The position numbers were made by a program, and so were the translations under genes. DNA of 64,000 nucleotides from Monocercomonoides exilis PA203 (taxonomy: Eukaryota > Protista > Preaxostyla): the NCBI GenBank assembly GCA_001643675.2, contig LSRY02000016.1, forward strand, positions 558,001 through 622,000, in the 5' to 3' direction. Positions 13,313 to 26,500 of this stretch are shown one piece after another. Position 1 is the stretch's first letter. Every line of letters begins with the position of its first letter. The notes under the pieces are model-generated. The model did not search any database. It saw nothing but the letters and a program-made list of their open reading frames with translations, and was not told the DNA's origin.

Positions 13313-14846
13313 TCATAAATCATTCTTCTTTTCCTTCTTTCCTGTTGGCTTCATCCTTACTCCAGGGCGTGTGCTCCACAATAAGCGTTTCATTTCTTCC
13401 TCTTTCGCCTGCCTCTCCTTCAGTTTTCTGTCAAACTCCTTTTCCACTTCCTCCAACGTCGGCTCGTGGTATCTTTGTCTTGCAGACGCGGAAGATGCAG
13501 ACGAAGAATATGGTGGCGGAGGTGTACTACGCTCGCTTCTTGCTGAAGAAGCAGACGATTGCGTTCTCTGCCGATGGCGCTGTGCAGGCAATGGGCGAAG
13601 ATCAGAAGTCACGAGTCTGTTGTTGGAGCCTGCTTCTGCCCCACTCCTTCTCCTCCTTCTTGCCGTTCTGCTTGAATCAGAGCTGCTCGAGCTGCTGCTT
13701 TCGTTGTCATCGTCGTAGTCTGATGACCGCTGCTGTCGCACATGCCGCCTAATTGGTGAATAAACAAGACGTTGTCCATTGTATTTTTTGCCTGTTCCAT
13801 TTATCCTGTGCAGCAGTCTCGAGACATCATCATCAGAGCTTATCCCATCATCTCCTTCTTCTTCTTCCTTTCTTCTCCTCTCCTCCTCCTCTTCTTCCTC
13901 TGCTTCTTGCTTTTTGTCGATCTTGTCTAATTCGGCTTTGCTCAGCTCATCATTCACTCCCATCCCCAGCTCTCTCTTTCGTTGACGAATCAACTCTCCT
14001 CTGCGCAAAGCAATTGCTATACGCTCTCTATCTGACATTGTTGACAATCGTTTTTTCCTTGGATTCACAAACATCTTTGAGAGTCCTCGATACAACAAAA
14101 TGCCTATTATGATTAAAAGTGAAGAAATAAGAATAACTGAAATGAGGATTGTCCCAATCATTTTGAATGCTTTTGCCGATGGAGATGGGCGACGAGGATG
14201 ATATGGATCAGGTTCAATAGGCTTAGAGAATTCTGGTGGAGGAAGAACATAAGTTGCATCATAATCATCGAAATGAGCCATCATTGCAAGTTGAGCAGAA
14301 GAAATCCAATTCTTATTTTTAATATAAATTGCAATTGGGCAGTAAGCACTTTCAATAGTAGGAGAATTTTCCATTATTCCAGTTTTTATAAGAACTTTTG
14401 AACAGTTAAACCATTCGCTCTGTTGTTAAATTATCAAAAAGTTAAAAAACTTTCAACAAATAAAGTTTTATCTAAAAACACACAGCATATCGGGGTTTCG
14501 AAATATACTTTTGTGGAGTATTCAAATCTCCGATTCCACTACCTCCAATGATTCGATATTGGAATCTATCTTTAAAAAAACGTCTTGTTGATTCCGCATA
14601 AAACGAAACTTTATAGCGACGTGGCTCTGCATCCATCGAATGTGGAGGATCAACTGCACATGAGAAAACTTTTAAATTCCAAACATCTTCTCTCTAAGAA
14701 ACAATTATAATGTTTGTTTTTCATTTTTTTCAAAATATGAAATAATAATAGGAAATTCACACAAGCACCCAATGGCAATTTGGAAATCCTTTTGCGTTAA
14801 GCTGACTTATCATAAAAATAATGCAAAAAAGAATTGTAGAAGTCAT
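13313..14846 (-). CDS. Type I membrane protein (signal peptide, single TM, charged Arg/Ser-rich cytoplasmic tail)
   Basis: Exon 1 MTSTILFCIIFMISQLNAKGFPNCHW (signal-like); exon 2 REDVWNLKVFSC..KPRYA; ORF 13313-14374 carries TM 'MIGTILISVILISSLLIIIGILLY'. Confidence 0.7.
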
Positions 14847-15567
14847 TATTTCAACAATAACAACTACAATGACATATCGTAATGGGTTGAAATTGATTAA
14901 TTATTTCATTTTCATAATAATAAATCCAATACTGGACGTATTTTGCGTTGAAAAAGTTAGAATTTTTTCAATATTTCTGAAAGATAAAAAAATCAATGTT
15001 TAAAAAAAATGTGAAAGAGTAAAAAACGCAATTTAAAAATTGTTATCTTTGAGTCAGGCGATATGAAGTTAAACATTACAAAAAATTAAATAATCAACAA
15101 CATTCATAAATATTGACTTAAAAATAAAAATGAAAATTATTGATCCCAACGCAAACGAGAAAAATGTGAAGATACTTATTTTCCAAAAAACAAAAAAGTT
15201 TCAAAATTGTATATAAAAAACAAAAAGAAAAATAACATTTTCAAATTTCCATTGTAAAAAGTGTGTAAGCATTTTAGAAGCATCAAAAGTTGTAATTAAA
15301 CAAACATTTCGCACAGAAAACATAAGAACAATATCAACAAAAAAATTAATTGTGAAGAAAAACAATGACAATAAACAATCTTGATTTTCACTCTCTAAAA
15401 ATAACATTTGACAAAGAAGTCGCAAAACTATAATCAAAACTCTGAAAAAAAGCAAGAAATTCAAAACGAAGTGGAATAATACAAGTTTGTGAAGTGAAAT
15501 GGCTGGTTGAGAATGGGTCTCCAATATTCATTTAACAAAGATGAAACAAACAAAAATGCTGCAATGT

Positions 15568-18500
15568 TCAATATATCCACACTTGAGGCTTTTTGTCTGA
15601 AGTGGCAAACGACTTCAAGCGGCTGGCATAGACAGGAGAGTGGCATTTCAGGACACAGTTGACAGATGCCTGCTTTTCCGTCAAGCCAAACTTTAAAAGT
15701 GAATAATGAAATAAAATATTATGAAAGCAAAAAATCCAGATATTTATTTTAAAAAGAAAACAGAATTATAAAAAAGAAAATTCATAAAAAATAATAACAA
15801 AGATTCAAAATATCTTTTCTGTCAAGCAAATGACACACTCACACAAAAAAAAGCATACGCAAAATCTTATTCTCTTTGGCAGTCCTGTCATGTAATTCGT
15901 TTGGCACTTTCTGTCGTGGAAAAAGAAGGCAGTTGATCTCGATGTTGGCTTCTTCTTCCTCAGCTCGCCAAAGAAGTTAGCAATGTCACTTCCGCCTTCG
16001 TCGTCTTTGTCCAGCGGCTCCATTGACACGATAACTGACTGCACACTCGACGCATCCCATGGCTTGTTCCCACGGATCCACGTGCCGTTATGCCGGAAGA
16101 AACCTCTGTGGATGTGAAAGATTATTAACAAGAAGAAGAAAAGAAAAGAAAAGAAAATAAATAAATAAATTAATAAAAAAGAATATGCAAAAAATATGAT
16201 AAAAGTTGAGAAAGGAAATAGAATTGTGTTTGGAAGAGAAAGATCAAAAAGATGAGAAAAAAGCAAAAAATTTCAAAATAGAAAATATAAAGTTAGGCTA
16301 AACACACTTTGAAGCATATGAACCTGCGCTGTCTATTAAACGGAAGAACAGATGGTAATCGAAGAAACAAATCAGAAAGAGAATACAATTTCAAAAAGAA
16401 GAATACAAAAACAGTTTATAAAAAATATGAACAAATCAAAACTGATTAAATATAATCATATTAAGAAGATCACACAAAAATCCCTTCCAATTCTGTATTC
16501 TGCTGGAATTGGATAGTCAGCATCGACAATACCAAAACCTAATGTTAATAAGAAATATACACATTCAATCAGATAAAAATAAATGCAAAAAAATGGAGAA
16601 GCCCAAGAAATATTTATGAAATTAATCCACCAAAAATTGATGCAAAAATTCACATTACAAAAAATAAAAAATGCTGAAAAGCAAAACTAATTTTCCAAAA
16701 AGCATAATAAAAAAATAATTCTCCAATTTTGCTAAAGCAGAAGGAGATGAAGAAAGAGAGAAAGAAAATAAGTTTTATTGTTTCACATACTCATGATATC
16801 AAACGGCTGAACAACTCTAAACTCCATCTCCCAAATGCCTTCCGTGATGATTGGAGACAGACACACCACAAGCAGCGACGTCTTCTGCGAAGTGATCGTT
16901 CTCCCCTTCACACTCACAGCAAACGGGTCGCTCGAATGCGGAAACGGCAGCTCGAAGTTGAAGCCGACAGTGACTGTGTCTGCCTCAGAATCGCCTGTGA
17001 CAGCGTGTGTCTCAACAGGAGACAGACGATACGTGTCTGAAAAGAGGTCGTTCTCAGACGCCGCCAGCGCAGACGCGGAGAAAGGCACAAACGGCACGGT
17101 GGTGTGACTGGAATGCGACATGGATGATGAAATGGAATTGGAGGAGGAAGAAGATGCTGCTGATGCCATTGATGAAGGTGAAGATGACGGATCTCCTCCA
17201 GCTTTGGTGACAACTGCAAACCCATCACTTGACTGCTTCATGACAACTGAAGTTTTTTCTCTTTCACTTTCTTCATCGTCGTCTTCGTCATCATCCACAT
17301 TATAATCTTTCTTCTTCTCTTCTTTCTTCTTCATTACGAACGGCACAGGCATCGGCGGGCGCAGAAACACATTGGCATCAAACGGGATCCGAAGCGGCGT
17401 AATTTCTGTTTCCATTGGCTGGTCCTTCTTCTTCAGCTCCATTCCTGTTCTCACTCTCCCGTCATCCAGGAACTTCTTCGTGGCAATGTTCACATGCCCC
17501 AGCGGACCCAGAAAAGACCCGCTGCCTTCGGCATCTGTGCCACTGCTGTCTCTTTCGCTATCATCATCCCCATTTTGATGGTGTGTTCCCTTTCGTTTCC
17601 CTTTCGAAGACAAAATTCCGCTGCTTTTATCATCATCCCCATTATCGTCGTCGTCATCTTCATCGTCATCTGCATCAAATGAACTGTTTTTCCCTTTTTT
17701 CTTTTTCATCAGCAGACTCGTCTTGGTCCTCTTTCTATTCCATCCATACGACTCCTTCAGCTTCGCATCGTAGTTGTCATCGGCAATCAGATTTCTACCA
17801 CCACCAAAGTCTGAGTCATTGTCCCACATATGCTTCCTCATCAGCCCTCCTTCGAACGATGAAGCATCATCCAATTCAGACGAAGACATTGCTTTGTTCA
17901 GAGAAGAGTCCATAACCAGAGGTGATTTCTGTTGTTGTGGCGGTGGAGAAAGCGATGCGGGGATAAATCCGCTCTCGCCCTCCTTCTCGCCTTTCTCTGG
18001 GAAGCCTCCACTTCCGCTTCCTCGTCGAAGACCCGTGGAATCAGAAAGGTTCTTTTGGTGAGACGAAAACACTTTTGGAGAAGACTGAGAATGCAAAGTG
18101 ACAAGCGGAGGCGGAGGGCGCGGGATCAGCTTCCCGGATCCATCGCCAGCCTGCATCCACTTGACGTTCGTCGCCATCTGCTCGCGCATAACTGAAGGAG
18201 ATGCGGGTGATGTGGCTGGCGGCTGTGAGTAGAACTCATCAGGCCTGGATAACACTTTCATTGTTTTCAGTGCCTGTTTGCCAAGCTGGTTTCGCTCTCT
18301 TCGCATGCGCCTCACCTCTTCAACAGGCCATCCATCATCAAATTCCTCGTATTCATTCTGCTCTTTTGTAGCAGCATTGGCAACATCAGCAAGCGATGGA
18401 CGAATTGGCTCCAAGAGAGATATTGGAAATGAGGTTTGCGTTACAAGATACACCATCAACTCCATAACAGCTCCCTTAACATCTGCTGTTGTTGCGCGAG

Positions 18501-19340
18501 ATGAAAGCAAGTGGGGCCACGACTTAAAGAAATCAGACTCAACAAGGGCATCTCGATAGATCATTGAATGAGCGAACATGTACAGTTGAGTTCGAATAAC
18601 AGATATGCGCATGTTTCTATCAGGACTCTAACGAATATTTTGAAAATAACAATTAAATATTCATTTTTTTCAAAATTGGAAGTCAAAACCTTCATTAACG
18701 ATAGCAACGGTTTTATAAAATCATTTATATCGTGCGATATCCCTTTGCGAGAAATTCTGTGTGAAATCAAGTTAAGTATGTCGACACATGTTCTCTAATC
18801 AAATGTTAAAAATCAAAAATTACTCTGGTAATGTGAAATATAAAATGTTTTCAAACATATGTTTCTTCCGAAGTTCGATTGACAGCAATTCTTACAACAT
18901 CCATAATAACTCCACTTTCTAAAACTGCTCCAAACAGCCTTGTATCTGCGTACAAATTAAAAATACTTATAAATTCGTTTTAATGATTAAATGCGATACT
19001 TTTAAGAATCAAAATTGCCAATTTTTTCAAGGCTTTCAATTGAAGTTCATGATCACCATGTCTCAAAGTTTTCATAATATAGAGGAGAGATTTCTCCTTA
19101 ATATGCAAACATAATATTGACGCATAAATGGCGCGTAAAATGTTAATTAATGAATAAAACAAGACAAGAATTTTGGTTTGTATTTTCAAATTAAACATTG
19201 ATTGAAAATTGATTCATAAATATAAATCAAACAGATACGCTTTCCTGAAGAACATCTGGAGGAAGTGGCTTACTTACGACAGTCAAGCGGTGCTCGAAAA
19301 GAGATGGGTCTGGAATGTATTTAAAGGTAATCTTGTTCAT
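15568..19340 (-). CDS. ARM-like N-terminus + disordered linker + C-terminal SPRY/B30.2-like domain protein, multi-exon
   Basis: Predicted start MNKITFKYIPDP at 19340. ORF 16783-18612 ends 'LSPIITEGIWEMEF'. Downstream exons: 'GFGIVDADYPIP', 'GFFRHNGTWIRGNKPW..AFFFHD..GLPKRIRFC', and last exon FGLTEKQAS..VWIY*. Confidence 0.7.
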
Positions 19341-19731
19341 TTGATCATGATAGACCGTAATTATTTGATGTCATTCTTCCTTTCAGTCATTAATTTTTAA
19401 AATAACTTTACCATCCAAAAAAATAACAGTACTGCAATTTGCAAAAAGAATGCTATAATTTTAAAGCAAACTTATGCTATTTTTAGAAAAATAAAAGAAA
19501 GAATGCTCTTTCAAGAAATGCAACAACAACAAAAAAGTCTATTCAAAAAATAATCACACTATAAGCATAATAATTTCCATGCGCATCAAAAAATTTGAAT
19601 TCTTTCAAATTTGAATCTCATTATACAAAATTGTCCAAGCATCTCAAATTTGAAAGATAATCCAAGAAATAAATATTATTATGACATTTTCAATTTAGCA
19701 CATCTTCAAACAAATATTTTGGATAACCATT

Positions 19732-20451
19732 TCATTTTCGTTTTGATCGTTTTTGAGATCTTGCAAGTTGGTCTGCCTGGTCGAGAGTTGAATCAACCAT
19801 CATTTGAAGTGCTTCCAACTTTTTCTGTAACTTCATAGCCTCTTCGTTCATCAATGTTGCTTCTTGATTCAATTTCATAGTAATTGCTCGTTGCGATTCA
19901 ATCTTATCCCTCTGTTGTTTTCTCCAAGATGAATATGGAGAAGTCTCTGAATCAAGACGACGTTGAGGAGACGCTGAGAATGTTCCGTCTCTTCCTGTTG
20001 AAGTTCCGTGAAGTGATGGCTGTGTTGTGACAGATAGAAAAGAATGCTTTGGAGTTGACATCGAAGTTTTCGCTAAAGAGATACTTGAAGAAAAAGAAGA
20101 TGGCAAAAGAGGTGCTGTAGCAGAATATTTGCTTTGTGGAATTGGTGAAGTGTTTGAGCGGGGACCCTTTTTTGTGATTCCAAGTGATATGGATCCAAGA
20201 TGGGGCGGAGCAGCTAAATCAATAACACTTCGATATTGAATCGTACAATCTTTATAAAACTCTGCAAGTAATGATTCAGGAAATGTTAAATTTGGATCTG
20301 TCGGATCAATTGATGATGTTTCGACTGATGATTTTATTTTGAGGTGATGTTGAATCCCTCCAGGAATCATTGTCAAATCTATAAAAGGGGCAACGTTTTC
20401 AACTCCAGGGGTTCCCCACGGATCTTCACATGGTGAACCAGAATGCGACAT
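19732..20451 (-). CDS. Hypothetical protein with C-terminal coiled coil
   Basis: Uninterrupted 239-aa ORF with coding-like composition; heptad-like C-terminus (LMNEEAMKLQKKLEALQMMVD). Confidence 0.7.
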   Translation of the reverse strand: MSHSGSPCEDPWGTPGVENVAPFIDLTMIPGGIQHHLKIKSSVETSSIDPTDPNLTFPESLLAEFYKDCTIQYRSVIDLAAPPHLGSISLGITKKGPRSNTSPIPQSKYSATAPLLPSSFSSSISLAKTSMSTPKHSFLSVTTQPSLHGTSTGRDGTFSASPQRRLDSETSPYSSWRKQQRDKIESQRAITMKLNQEATLMNEEAMKLQKKLEALQMMVDSTLDQADQLARSQKRSKRK

Positions 20452-20556
20452 TCAATTATGACAACGCCTTATATGAATTTAAGAAACGAAAAAATATTTT
20501 CAAAAATTTTGATACTGATCCATACCATACCACATAATTCCAAAACAAAAAGGGGC

Positions 20557-23500
20557 ATGTCCGACAAAACTAATCATTCATTGACATGCATCTCACCGTT
20601 GGAACGCACTATTTATGAACTTAATTCTGATATCCTTGAAGAATTAGTCAGAGACAATTCATCGATGCTCAAAAAGTATCCTATCTATTTGTGCTTTTGT
20701 AACGATTGCTACGGGGATGATACGGATTCATTTCAACTGGCAAATGTCGATGGAATAGGACAAGTTATTCAGCCCCAATTTATCAAAGAAATGGATTTTA
20801 GGTTTGATATTTTTACAGTTTTTCTGGTTTTGTAATTTCCTGTTGTTATCTTTAATATTTTTTCAAACGCACTTTTTTCGTTGATTGATAAATAGTGAAA
20901 ATAAACTTACACAATTTCAAGCAAAAATTCTTAGTCGAAACAAAAAAGGAGAGATGAACGGTTTCCCGAAACTTCGGCGACTTTGGCTTGACGATAACTT
21001 TATTTCGCGTGTTTCATTTGATGGGCTTCCGAAAGTCGAAGAATTATATTTGTCTGGAAACCCTCTTCACAGACGTCCAGCGTTTGATGGCCTTCTCTCG
21101 CTTTCAATTTTGAATCTTTCTGCATGCCAACTGAATGGATCAATAAAGCCTTTGCAAAAGCTATCATTATCACTTGTAAATCTTAATTTATCAGATAATT
21201 TATTCGATTGGAATGAACAAGCTTTTCAAGAGGTTTGCTTTTTTTAAGCATTGTGCTTTTTATCAGATTATATTTTGCATATATTTCAAGAATATAACTG
21301 TTTTATCCCATCTCAAAAAATTAGAAATACTTTTTCTTGTACCAAACCCTTTTACTGAATTTTATGAAGGGTGGGTGCAGCATGTGTATCATGCTTGCAA
21401 AGACGGTAGATTGAAAATGATGGATGGGATGGACGTCAAAAAGTCAGACAAGAAAAAAGCACCAGAGCCACTTGTTTTGACAGAAAAAGGTAAAGAAGCC
21501 ATTAATGGCAGTGGGGGAAAGAAAAAGAAAGAAACTTTGGTTTCATCCGAGGAGTCATCCTCATCCTCATCCTCATCCTCCTCCTCATCATCATCCTCAT
21601 CCTCATCATCATCTTCTTCGGCATCTCCTCTTCCTTCATCTTCTTCATCTGAATCTTCTTCCTCCTCCTCTTCGACTATTGCTGAGCCTTCTTCTTCGTC
21701 AAGTAGCCAAATGCAAAAGGAAGAGACAGGTCCAGAAAAGAAAAGTGATTCAGTTGATGAAGATGGTCAGCCATCAAAGCAACAAGATGGGAAATCCTCA
21801 TCTGAAACAGCTGAGAGCGGCAAAGTGACAGAAGATGACAGCGAAGCACCAAAAGAATCAAACGAGGATGCAGATGAAGGAAACGAAGAGAGCAGCAGAG
21901 CAGAAAAAGCAGACAACCAAGCACCAACACCTTCTCCTTCTGTTGTTCCCACGCCCATCCTACCTTCCTCACTGGTGCAATCAACCACACAACACGCCCA
22001 ACAGAACTCGAACTGTTTTGTGTTTGCTGATTTTGCAGCGATTGTTACACGCTGCTTCGAGCCAGGTGCCCACCCAGTTGCCCAGCTGGACCTTCTGAAG
22101 CGCACCATCGACCGCTTTGCTTCTCTCCCGCGCGAAAACGTGCCGGCTGCGCTGTCTCCTTCAGGAACAGCGTTGGAGCAGCGCACAATCGACTTCGGTG
22201 GCGTTGACCCGCGTGCAGCTGCTGAAGAGATTGTGGCGGTGATGGCGAAGCTGATAGGGACAACCACACAAGAGGAGGTGAAGAAGAGGTGTGTGGAGTG
22301 TCTGGCGGCGCTGATGGTGCAGCTGATGGTTGAGGTGCAGAAGGAGACAGAAGACGTCGGCAGATTCAGCGAAAGAGAACTGCGGCTGAGAGAGAGACAG
22401 AAGGAGAACACAGACGTGGGGCTGTTCATTGCCCGGGCTGTGGTGAAGAGAGACGAGGCAAACACGCACACACAGCCACTTGCAGAGTTGACTGCTCTTC
22501 CTGTTCTTCAGTTGATGGAGAAGCAGATCGAGGCAACTCGCAGGCTGCGCGATCTGCCTCAAATACAGCTCACCCACCAGCCTCTTCCAAAACTTCCATC
22601 GAAATCCAAATCTTCTTCTTCTCCACCGTCTTCACCACCTGCGAAACAAATTCCGCCTTCTGCAATGCCAAACCAGCAGTTAAACAAGCCGTTTAATCAA
22701 CAAGTCGGTGGCACTCCTCAGCCAGGAGGGCAACCACCACAGTTTCCTAACCACTTTCAGCAGCAGCAAATATCTCCTTTGTATCAACAACAGCAGCAGC
22801 AGCAGATGAGGTTCAATCAGGGGAGGATGGCAGCTACCCCTTCGCCTATGCAGGGAATGCGCTATGGAGCCCAGACACCACAACTCAATGGCGGGGCAAT
22901 GATGCGGCCTGCTTCGGCTGCTCCTTCGTTTCCCGGTGGCTCTTCTGCTTCTCCAATGCTGCCTAATCAGCCTGGCTCGAATTCTGCGAATCAGACTCCT
23001 TCTCAGCCTCTTCTTCCACCTATGCCAAAGATATCGTTCTTTGGCCACGAATGCGAGTGGAGTGCGACCGATCGGCATTTTCTTTCCCTCATTGCGATCT
23101 TGAAGCCTCACAGACAGGACTGGGAAGGGCTGAAGAAGAGCTGGGAGTGGAGTGGAAAGGGGGGAGGTGCTGGAAGCACAGTAATCGGAGGGGCTGGAGT
23201 GGGTGATAATGGAAACAGCAGCGGAAGTGGAAGCATCAATGATTTTGTTGAATATTCTCCATTTCTACCGCCAAAGGAGAAGAAAGACGGAGAATACGGA
23301 GCATTTCAGCTGTATCAGCAACAGAAGCAACAGAACCAGCAACAAGAGGGACGAAGAGCACCCCGATCGCGCTCAGCCAGGCAGCAGTCAGAAGCAGCAG
23401 AGAAAGCGAATGCGGCCGAAGCAGACGAGTTTTCAACGTTCACAGCGCCGATTGTGGAGAATGTGCCTACGTTTGGTGGGGTGGTGCAACTGTCGCTTGT

Positions 23501-26500
23501 GATGATACTCGACTCGCTGCTCCGAAAGGAGGTGAAGAACATCCTGCCTGACAGCCTGACTGTCCTGTCGCTTCTGTGCGAGGTGCGGAACTTCATCGCC
23601 ATCACCCCACGACTCACGTTCCCTGTGTTGCTCTGCTCGCTTTTCAACCAGCTGCTCCCTCTTTCACCTGACAGCCAATTGACACCGCTGCACAAGCCGC
23701 TGCTGCATGCCATCGCTGCAGTTGCAGCTGATCCCTTAAACGCTCACATTTTTGCTGCAAAGGGCATCCATCGCCCACTCTTGCGCTATGTGGAGCTGCT
23801 GGAAACAGGGCACGTACTTCCTGCATCTTCTATCCCAGCTTCTTTTTCTGCCTCTGCTTCTTCTGCTTCTGCTTCTGCTTCGTCGTCTTCTTCAGCGCTG
23901 TCTCCTTCGATTAGCAGTGCTGCAGACAAGTATGGTCGATTTGAGTCACTTCTGTTTGTGAACCGCGCAGACATGAGCAACTTGGCTGCTCTTGTGATTG
24001 ACTGTCTGTCTGGTCTGTGTGCCTCTCCATTCATTCAGAGAGACTGCGCAGAGGTTTCGTCTTTCTTCCTGAAAATCACAGAAATTGTGCAGATGGCTGC
24101 TCCAACACCGCGTCTGGCTGCCAGCTGCATCAATGCAATGGTTGCTCTGATGAAAGAGAGCGTCGAGTTTCGTCTTCCTCCTCATCTGATGAAGGCAGCG
24201 TTGAGACTGCAAGCTGCTTCAAACGCTGCTGCAAATGCATCTACTCAATCACAACCACAACAGCAGCAGCCACAACAACTGCCACCATATGGACAACCAA
24301 ATCTCCCATTCAATCGGCAGAACACATCCACACCACCGCTGGGGATGATGCAGATGAGAGGTCCCACGCCTTCTCTTCCGTTTCCTCCTCGCTCACAGAC
24401 AATGCCACCACTGCTTCCACAACAGCAACAACTGAACGGGAAGCCATCTCCTCCACCGCCAGGTGCTCGATTCACTCCTTCTCCACTTGCAATGTCTTCA
24501 GCACCATCTCCTCCTCTGGCAGCACAAGCACAGCGAAGTGCTTCTTCAGCAATGCAGAAAATCGGACCAGATCATCAGCTGACGTTTGATAGAGTGCTCA
24601 CAGTGACTGTGGATGGCTCTCTTCTTTTTGACTGTGTGGATGGCGAGAGAGGAAGGCAGATGCTGCTCAATCTTGTGCTTGAAGAAAGCGGACGCTACAA
24701 GCAAGTGAGAAGGAGAGGAGGAAATGTTGCAGGTGTTCCGATGGAGATTGCCAATGTTGCTGCAATGCAAAGAACTGCGAGTCGAATGAACGGACTGATA
24801 ACACCTGGATTGGGTGCCACTGGCGCAGCAGAAAGAGCAGGGAATGTGGCTGTGGTGGGAGCAGGTGGAGAGATTGAGAGGTCAGTCAGTCGTGTTGGAG
24901 GAGGAGGTAGTGGTGGAGCAGATAAGATGCAGAGAGCGATGAGTCGAATGGAAGGAATGGTTGGTGTAGGGATGGCGGGGGAGATGGAGCGTGCAATGAG
25001 CAGGATGTCGACTGTGTCGATGGCAGTGCAGCAATATAACGATGAGTTCGATGATGATTTTGGAGGATTTGACGACGGCACATTCGGAGAAGAGAGAGGC
25101 AACGCAGAATCTGTCTCTGCCGATGACGAAGTTGCAGTTCCTCCGTTTTCATCAATACACACAGCCTCTTTCATTGCACTGTGCGATGCTCTTCTGTCAC
25201 TCACAGTCTTTTGTGCAAACAAAGCCCGTCGCAACCAGAAGGCAAAGCAACTTTGCATGAATTCTGTTCCCACACTGCTGAAAATCTACACAATGCCATC
25301 TCATTCTCTAAAGCTGAAGATTTTGGGGGTGTTTTCATCGGCACCTTCTCTTTTGACTCAGCCTGATCAGATTGAATCACTGGCAGCACCATTGAAGCTA
25401 TCATCGGTTGGAGATTTACTTCAAGGAAGAACAGAACACATTGTCATCAGCATCCTTCACTTGCTCAGCCGCCTCCTTATTGATCCAGATGCTGCTTCTG
25501 ATGGATGCAGCACAGCAGTCAAAAGGGACAGATCACAAAGCGGTCGAAGTATCAATCCAGAAATCCAGCGTTCTTCCACTACAACCAGTGCGATGCTCTC
25601 TTCTTCAAAGAGTGGAAAAAGCTCCTTGTCTCGCTCGTCAACTGATCTTAGCACATCTCCTTCTGTCAGCCCATCTTCTTCTCCATCACCTTTGTCCTCA
25701 TCCAATCATTCATTGCAGCATCCGCGCAATCTTTTGATGACTGATCGCTTCACCTATCTTGTTGCTGATGTGATCAACATTCTCATCACAAACACTGCAC
25801 GCACAGCTGACGAGACAGACAACGTGAAGAAAGTGCTCTGGTCAGCGGCACTCAGCTTCCTCGCAGCTGCTGAAGAGAGCGGATGGAAGGAGGCGAAGCG
25901 GGAAATGCTGCGCAGCGGCAGGTGTCTTTCGCTTGTGGCGCAGAACGAGGTGAGATACGGCGAGGCAACCGGCTGTCACATCGAAGACACGCTCATTGGA
26001 GATGACATGGATGCGCTGCTGACTGCTTTCCAGACGCTTCCATCAGCTTCCTTTGTGGCCTTCCGATTTGCACGGAGAATTGCCCATCTGGTTGAAATGC
26101 CACATCCTCCACAGCCTTCGCTGTCGATTGGATCGCTGGCACCGCTGCCGTGGAAAGCAGACGCAAAAGCTGAGTGTGAGTGGACAAGCGTGCTGGGAGA
26201 GGAAGACTTCAAAGACGCTCCGTCTCAAAGTGCTTCGTCGTCTTCTGCAAAACGAGCAGATGGAAGCGATTCTTCGTCAAGCGACGACACCTCACCGGCT
26301 GCAGTGTTTGCACAGCTGCATGCGAATCAGCTTGTGTTTCTGTCTAAAAATGGGCTGCAGCTGATGCTGTCCTTCTTCAATGCACATGCATCCACAGCGG
26401 CATCTCCGCTTAAGAGGATTGTGCCGTACAAGTGGAAGACGATGGTGAACGAGACTATAAATGCGTATCAGGAAGAAAGAGTTCATCAGGCGCTGAATGC

